Below are positions 18,020 to 24,100 of a stretch of 64,000 nt of DNA, piece by piece. The translations under genes and the position numbers were made by a program. Source of the stretch: Candidatus Altimarinota bacterium. GTDB lineage: Bacteria; Patescibacteriota; Gracilibacteria; UBA4473. The notes under the pieces were generated by a model. It saw nothing but the letters and a program-made list of their open reading frames with translations, did not search any database and was not told the DNA's origin. Location of the stretch: contig OZ246423.1 in assembly GCA_965231215.1 (NCBI GenBank), forward strand, positions 896,001 through 960,000, read 5' to 3'. Position 1 is the stretch's first letter, and every line of letters begins with the position of its first letter.

Positions 18020-20881
18020 CTATTGATTTTCCAAAGCTTCAACACGAGCTTTGAGGGCATCATTTTCAGCCTTGAGCTCTTGAATTGCTTTGACGAGGAT
18101 AGGCGCCATCTGACCATAGGCCAAAGACTTCGTGCCCATCTCATCATCCGCCGTGCTCACCAGCTCCGGCACCAAAGCCTCAACCTCTTGCGCCAAGAAA
18201 CCAACCTGATGCACTTGCTCCGCCCGCTGCGCCTCATCGATCCAATCAAACGCCACCGGCTTCATCGCCATCACCGTATCCAAACCATAATCCAGATCCA
18301 CCACATTGGTCTTCAACCGAGCATCAGAAAAAGTCGACCAAGTCGACCCCGTATTCGCCCCGCCCCCCCCACCAAGTGAGGACTGAGCCACACAATTACC
18401 TCCAGAAGTATCACAAATTTGATTCGTGCGTACTCCTCCACCGTCAGCTCGAATACCCGCCCCTGAATAAAGCCACTTATTTCCATAAACTCTCAACCAA
18501 GTAGAATCGGTCATATGGAATCCTCCTCCATAATTTTGGAAATAAATTCCATTATTTCCATTCACTCGAAGCCAATCTCCTAGAATCTGAACTCCATTAT
18601 GGATGAAAATACGCCCACCAAATGTAGCATCGTTATTTTCCATATTTATAGACAAGGGCCACTGTCCATTGTATTGACACCAATTATTACCCCCTCCAAC
18701 GCCATCATTACCACAACCTCGTAAAAAATACATTACATTAGCATTCATATGTATCATGGCCGAACGATGATCTACATCTCTAAAGTAAATGGTTGGGTAA
18801 TTACTTCGAATGGTTAACCCATTGGCATATCCATCGCCTCCATTCCCAACCTGAAGTTTGGTAGTTGGGCTTGAAGTTCCAATCCCGACATTGCCCTGCA
18901 TACCAAAATAACTTAGGTTAGGCCTAAAAACGGCATACTCTGTATATTCTCCGGGATTATCTCTCCATCTAAAAATCCTTAACCCTTGATCATAATTATC
19001 AATGGTAATTCGCCCATTTCTATTGCTTTCTGGATCAGCATTCATTAACACCATTTCACCTCCTTCAGTAGCTGTGTTTTGAGAGTCTATTCTCAAATAA
19101 TTGGTTCTCAAATCCCCAGCTACCTGTAGTTTTGAGGTTGGATTAGCGATTCCAATCCCGACATTACCCGTATGCGCAACCGTCATGGAAGGTGTCCCGC
19201 CATAATAGGAATTACCAGCAGCACCATCTACATAAAACCGAATATCCCCTGCATTGGACACCAAACGTATCCAGTTGCTTCCACCTTCAGAATAAAGCCC
19301 TAAATCAGTACCAGAAGCCAACCCCGCTTTGTTGATGATGCCCTCTCGAACCCTCAAACCACCACTACCAATATCCAACGTAGCACTCGGCGTCGCCGTC
19401 CCAATCCCGACATTACCAGAAGGTTTAATAGTTACTTTTTCAGAAAATGAACCAAAACCAATATTAGGGGCTAAGCCTTCAGTATTCCAATGTCCTAATC
19501 TTATATCTGTTGTAGAGCCTGCTGCAATAGCCGGATATTGCCCATTCTTTTTCACAAACCCTAAACGAGAATTAACACCAGAGTCAGCTCCCATATAAAT
19601 ATCCTCTCCAGTGGCTACTACATTTCCTCCAGCTACTAATTTTGTCTTGGTCCCAAAAGGGCTCGGAGATGTAGCAGTACCAGCCAGAACGATACCCCCT
19701 GTTGGGTTAAGCAGAAGATTCCTGGCGTTATTAGTCGCATTAAACTCTTTATGGTAAGCCTGTAACCAAGGCCCTCCATCAGCAACACCTATATCCATAA
19801 CATTTGTACTATTTACAGTCTGAAATCGAGCTATAGCCCCAGGACTAGGGGTAGTAGCATCTGGCAGCGATTGTCCAGACGATGTTACATGTAATTTTTC
19901 CAATGGAGTATTAGTCCCAATCCCGACATTGCCAGAAGCCCGAGTAACGTTGCTACCACTTTCTGTCCAGGTAGAACTCCCGCCACCACTACTCAAACTT
20001 CCAGCGGGAACACAGTTACCTCCATTTTGATCACAGTACTCTGTAGCGCCTATTTTCCCTTCAACATCTAGCTTTAGCCCCGAGGAGGGGCTGATTGTAC
20101 CAATCCCGATATTCCCATTTCCTAGATTCAAGGTCATCATATCACCGCCACCACCAGTAGAAGAAAATCTAGCTGTATCCTGAGCTCCTGCATAAGTTTT
20201 TATTCTTAATGAGTCTGTAGCATTACTAATAATTAAGCCGTCATCACTAGCTCCACCATTAACTTTCATATCTCCGACCACCTGAAGCGCATGAGATGGA
20301 TTTGCCGTCCCAATGCCAACCCTACCGGTTTCTGTCACTCGCATAAGTTCAGCCCAGTTACCGCCTGGGCCAGCGGCATTTTTTCCGATGACAAGGGCTC
20401 GGTTATCATTATCATCATTATTCCAGTCCATAGAAAGATAAACATTGTCTTCCCCATTTAGCTCTAGAGCTCCATTACTGTCATAAATAGTGCCGCCTCT
20501 TACCAGCAGTGTACCATCTATTTGAAGATCTCCGTCTTCATCAATGTTGGCTTTATCTGCATCGGCTCCTGTTCCAATCTGAAAGAGTTTTTCATTGGCG
20601 GTGGGAGAGGCTTTGTGAATTGAAAAATGTGCCGGAAAAGTATCGGTTCCAATACCGACTTTCCCATTAAGATAATAGAGGTCTTGACCGCTGAAATTCC
20701 AAACCTGATAGCCTAAAATATCAACAGCGGTAGAGAGGCTTAGGAGATCAGTTCTTACCTTGTTCCAATCTGAGGCCCGAATAAGTTCTCCACTATTGAC
20801 AGTGGGAGTGGTTATTGTTATCGCAGCGTAGGAAGTATTTGAGAAACTGAACAACAGCCATGCAAGCAATAGAGTTCTCAT
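18020..20881 (-). CDS. Secreted tail-fibre-like adhesin B (GNVGIGT repeats, PilV-like segment, C-terminal peptidase S74 domain)
   Basis: Same N-terminus as A; many GNVGIGT junctions; FSDARLKTNV...VGFLAQEVE.LVPELV...LVKAIQEL. Confidence 0.85.
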   Translation of the reverse strand: MRTLLLAWLLFSFSNTSYAAITITTPTVNSGELIRASDWNKVRTDLLSLSTAVDILGYQVWNFSGQDLYYLNGKVGIGTDTFPAHFSIHKASPTANEKLFQIGTGADADKANIDEDGDLQIDGTLLVRGGTIYDSNGALELNGEDNVYLSMDWNNDDNDNRALVIGKNAAGPGGNWAELMRVTETGRVGIGTANPSHALQVVGDMKVNGGASDDGLIISNATDSLRIKTYAGAQDTARFSSTGGGGDMMTLNLGNGNIGIGTISPSSGLKLDVEGKIGATEYCDQNGGNCVPAGSLSSGGGSSTWTESGSNVTRASGNVGIGTNTPLEKLHVTSSGQSLPDATTPSPGAIARFQTVNSTNVMDIGVADGGPWLQAYHKEFNATNNARNLLLNPTGGIVLAGTATSPSPFGTKTKLVAGGNVVATGEDIYMGADSGVNSRLGFVKKNGQYPAIAAGSTTDIRLGHWNTEGLAPNIGFGSFSEKVTIKPSGNVGIGTATPSATLDIGSGGLRVREGIINKAGLASGTDLGLYSEGGSNWIRLVSNAGDIRFYVDGAAGNSYYGGTPSMTVAHTGNVGIGIANPTSKLQVAGDLRTNYLRIDSQNTATEGGEMVLMNADPESNRNGRITIDNYDQGLRIFRWRDNPGEYTEYAVFRPNLSYFGMQGNVGIGTSSPTTKLQVGNGGDGYANGLTIRSNYPTIYFRDVDHRSAMIHMNANVMYFLRGCGNDGVGGGNNWCQYNGQWPLSINMENNDATFGGRIFIHNGVQILGDWLRVNGNNGIYFQNYGGGFHMTDSTWLRVYGNKWLYSGAGIRADGGGVRTNQICDTSGGNCVAQSSLGGGGGANTGSTWSTFSDARLKTNVVDLDYGLDTVMAMKPVAFDWIDEAQRAEQVHQVGFLAQEVEALVPELVSTADDEMGTKSLAYGQMAPILVKAIQELKAENDALKARVEALENQ
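19152..19404. repeat. 253-bp internal cassette identical to 16364-16616
   Basis: Direct comparison. Confidence 0.95.
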
Positions 20882-20971
20882 ATTTATTTTTTTTCACACT
20901 TTATAATACAGGTATTTGTTTTTAGTTTAAAGTTAAATTTTCTGACTTGTTTTTTGAAATTTTGGATGGAT
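20304..20971. repeat. Second copy of the ~670-bp constant region plus promoter
   Basis: Direct comparison with 17276-17944. Confidence 0.95.
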
Positions 20972-21113
20972 GTCCCCAACAGGATTCTCTCTAATTTTTA
21001 TGGTTTATCCTGGCATAAGATTAAAGGTTCGCCCTGCGGCTCTGAGCTGGTTTATAGTTTTCTCACTACAATAACTATCACCGAGGAATCCTCCGCTGTT
21101 AGTTCCTATCTCA

Positions 21114-24100
21114 TTAGTTTTTACGGCAATAGAGTACGGCGACATTCTTTGGTCGGGTTTCAGCGCCACCAACGGCGTTTGATGCATTCGCAATGACGCC
21201 GTTATTATAGCCTCGTTGATAATGCCCGCCAAAGGACCAACCGCTGCCATTATAGGAATTTTGCGGAATATGCTCGTGTGACTTAAATTCATCTTCTTGC
21301 GTGCTTCCCGGCGCTCTCACCCCGCCAGGGTCAATGGTTCCGGTGCTGTCAATACCCCGCAAGAAGCGTCCGCGTGCAGCGGTATATTCGCTCCATCCAG
21401 CAGGGCAGGACGTCAAGTCAAACGCCTGAATCTCTCCAGAAATTCGGCCGCCACCCGAACTGCCGCCGGAGCTGCCGAAATAGCCACAACGGCCCTCATC
21501 ACAAATATCGGCCAAATCCACACCGGCACCATCCGTGGCACCACAACGGGTGCTTAAACCACTAATACCAGAAATATTTCCAGTTCCATCAAAGGCGATA
21601 TACCGATTAAAATTCCCTACAATTGCATACCAAACCGAGTCATTCTTGTGTTCCGACATAACCAGAATCTGACCCCATGTTCCCGAGCTGTAATTACACA
21701 TCAAGTAATCCGGCCACTTCGAAACACCCGCAGGCGCGACCGGTAACTTCAGTGTCGACGCAAGATTAGACCCCGCGATAGCATCAGAAATAGCCGCCCC
21801 CGAACTCGAACCCGACCCGCCGCCGGGTACAACTTTATATACCTTATAATCCACCGTGCCGCCGCAGCCTGCATTGTTGTAGATGGTCATGGAGATTTTA
21901 CTCGAGCCATCCGTTCCAAAGGTGGCGTACATATAGCCGCAGCCTGCCGTGCTATAGGTCGGTTCAAGTGCGGCGATGTATTCGTAACCGTTTGCTAGCC
22001 CCGTTACGGCAGAGGCGTATGAATTACCTGGGACAGTGGCGGTACCGGACGCTACTTCTTCCAGCCCCAGTGCGCTGCCACCCCCCGAACTCGACCCGCC
22101 GCCACCGAAATAGATGACTTTACCTTCGCTGATGAGCGTATCTATCGATTTGCCGTTACAGTCTGAGCCGGTGGCATGCGTCTGATAAGCCGCAGTCTGC
22201 GCCTTAGTCGTGGGATGGAAGATGAACTGCGCATTGTCCGAATCACTCGGGTCGGAATTCGCGACATAATAGACGCCGTTGGTTGCGTGGTCATGATCGG
22301 CGATAAACATTCGTGTGTAGCCATTTTGCGTACATTTTAGCGCATCCGGCCAGCCGGATTTGAACACACCGGTTGGTGTGCTCGAACTCGACGAACCCGA
22401 GCTGCCGCCGACTTTAAAGCCGGAGAAATGGGATTCCCTTACGGTTCGTGCGGTGCCGCCATTGTGATAGACAATGACTTCAACCACATCATTGGCATTG
22501 AGATAGGCTATTCCAGAACAGCTAAATGCTCCTGAATTGCCTGACACTGTGGTGTTATGTCGCGCATAACAAATACTATCTGCTGCCGCGGATTTGCCAG
22601 CATGATTCTTCTGAATTCTAATGATTTGATCGGAGCCAGAGGCCTCAATTTCAGCAGAGGCGTTAAATTGGTAAAAACCTGTTGACGGCACGGTAAATTT
22701 GCCGGTTGATGTATCGTAATTGTTGCCTCCCTCCTCCTGTATCTCGGTCGCAAAAACAAGGTCGGACCATGTATTGTGTGTGGCAGTTTGTGTCCCATCC
22801 CCAATCGCCTGGAATGAAACAGCCGACCCCCCACCCGAACTCGACGAACCCGACCCGCCGCAGTTTTTCTGGAGCGATGTGACGGCAGAGTCGGTGCTAT
22901 AACTTGCTGTCCCTTCAGTACGATAGCGACGCGTACCCTTAGCGCTGCTTTGAATCGTATATTCAAAGTTAGTGCCAGAACTCGCAAAATCCACGAAGAA
23001 TATCTCAGCAGCTTTTACTTTATAGGCATACATAATATTGCCACTACCCTGCTCTGCACGATAGTCGCAGCTTGTATCAAAACTATTAGTATCACTTAGG
23101 CTGACCTCTTCCCAGCCCCCACCCAAACTCGACGAACCCGATCCGCCGCTTCCCCATTCCTTCCAGGCAATGGTTTTGAACTGTAGGGTCTGCGCATATT
23201 GTTGGTCGTTGGAGGCGACTTCAAACAAGGTCGTGTGATAGCTGAACATGATATTGGTGGCGTCGTAGCCCAGAGCGGAGCCGCGCTTGGTGGCACCGCC
23301 GTTGAATTGGTTGCCGTCGGAGCTGAGATGCTGGGTGATATTGCCGGAGCTGTCCTTTAAATACCCGACCGCAAAGACCGGCTCGGCCCCGAACCCATGC
23401 GCGAAGTTGCGGGTATTCGTCCCGGCTGCCAGCGTCACCCAGCCGGAATCGAAGTCCGGCGTGCCAAGCGCACCGCCGGTGCCACTGCCGCCCGAACCCG
23501 ACCCGCCGCCGGACATTTTGAAGCCGGAGAAATGGGTGTGGTAGGCGCCTGCGCTTCCATACGGGGTTTCAGCGCCGGCAGCCCGAATGTCGATCTGGTC
23601 GCCCGCTGTCAGTTCCAGAATGAAGGAGGCATCGCTTCGCCGATATCTAACACTGCCGCCAACGCCTCCGTAGGATGCGATCAGCATGTTGACGCCATTT
23701 TTATAGACCCAGTAGTCTGAGTTGTCTGTATTGTTCTGCCCCAGAATCTCATAGGAGAAATGATAGGTGCCGTCGGACGGGGCGACATAGCGGTTGTTGG
23801 TGAGGTCGAAATCATCACCGATATTGGTCAGCGCCAGATCCCAGGTCACGACATCACCGGTAGACGCGGACTGATGTGCGGTTTTGACGACGGTGAAGGC
23901 GGATTCCGGCGTCGACGAACTTGATCCACCGCCAGAGCTGCCGCCGCCGAGCATGTAGCCGTAGAAGAGACTATCGGCTGGATGTCCAAGATTCACACGC
24001 CCGCGATTGCTGAAATAGATACTGAGTTCATCATTCACCGCCGCATCAATCAACACACATCCAGAATTTGTTTCTGCGTTCGGATTGTTATATTGGCTGG

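Noticed and set aside
16364-20971. Diversity-generating retroelement TR/VR pair
   Set aside because: The repeats are identical or differ at a few non-adenine-specific positions, are not at 3' ends, and no reverse transcriptase gene is in the window.
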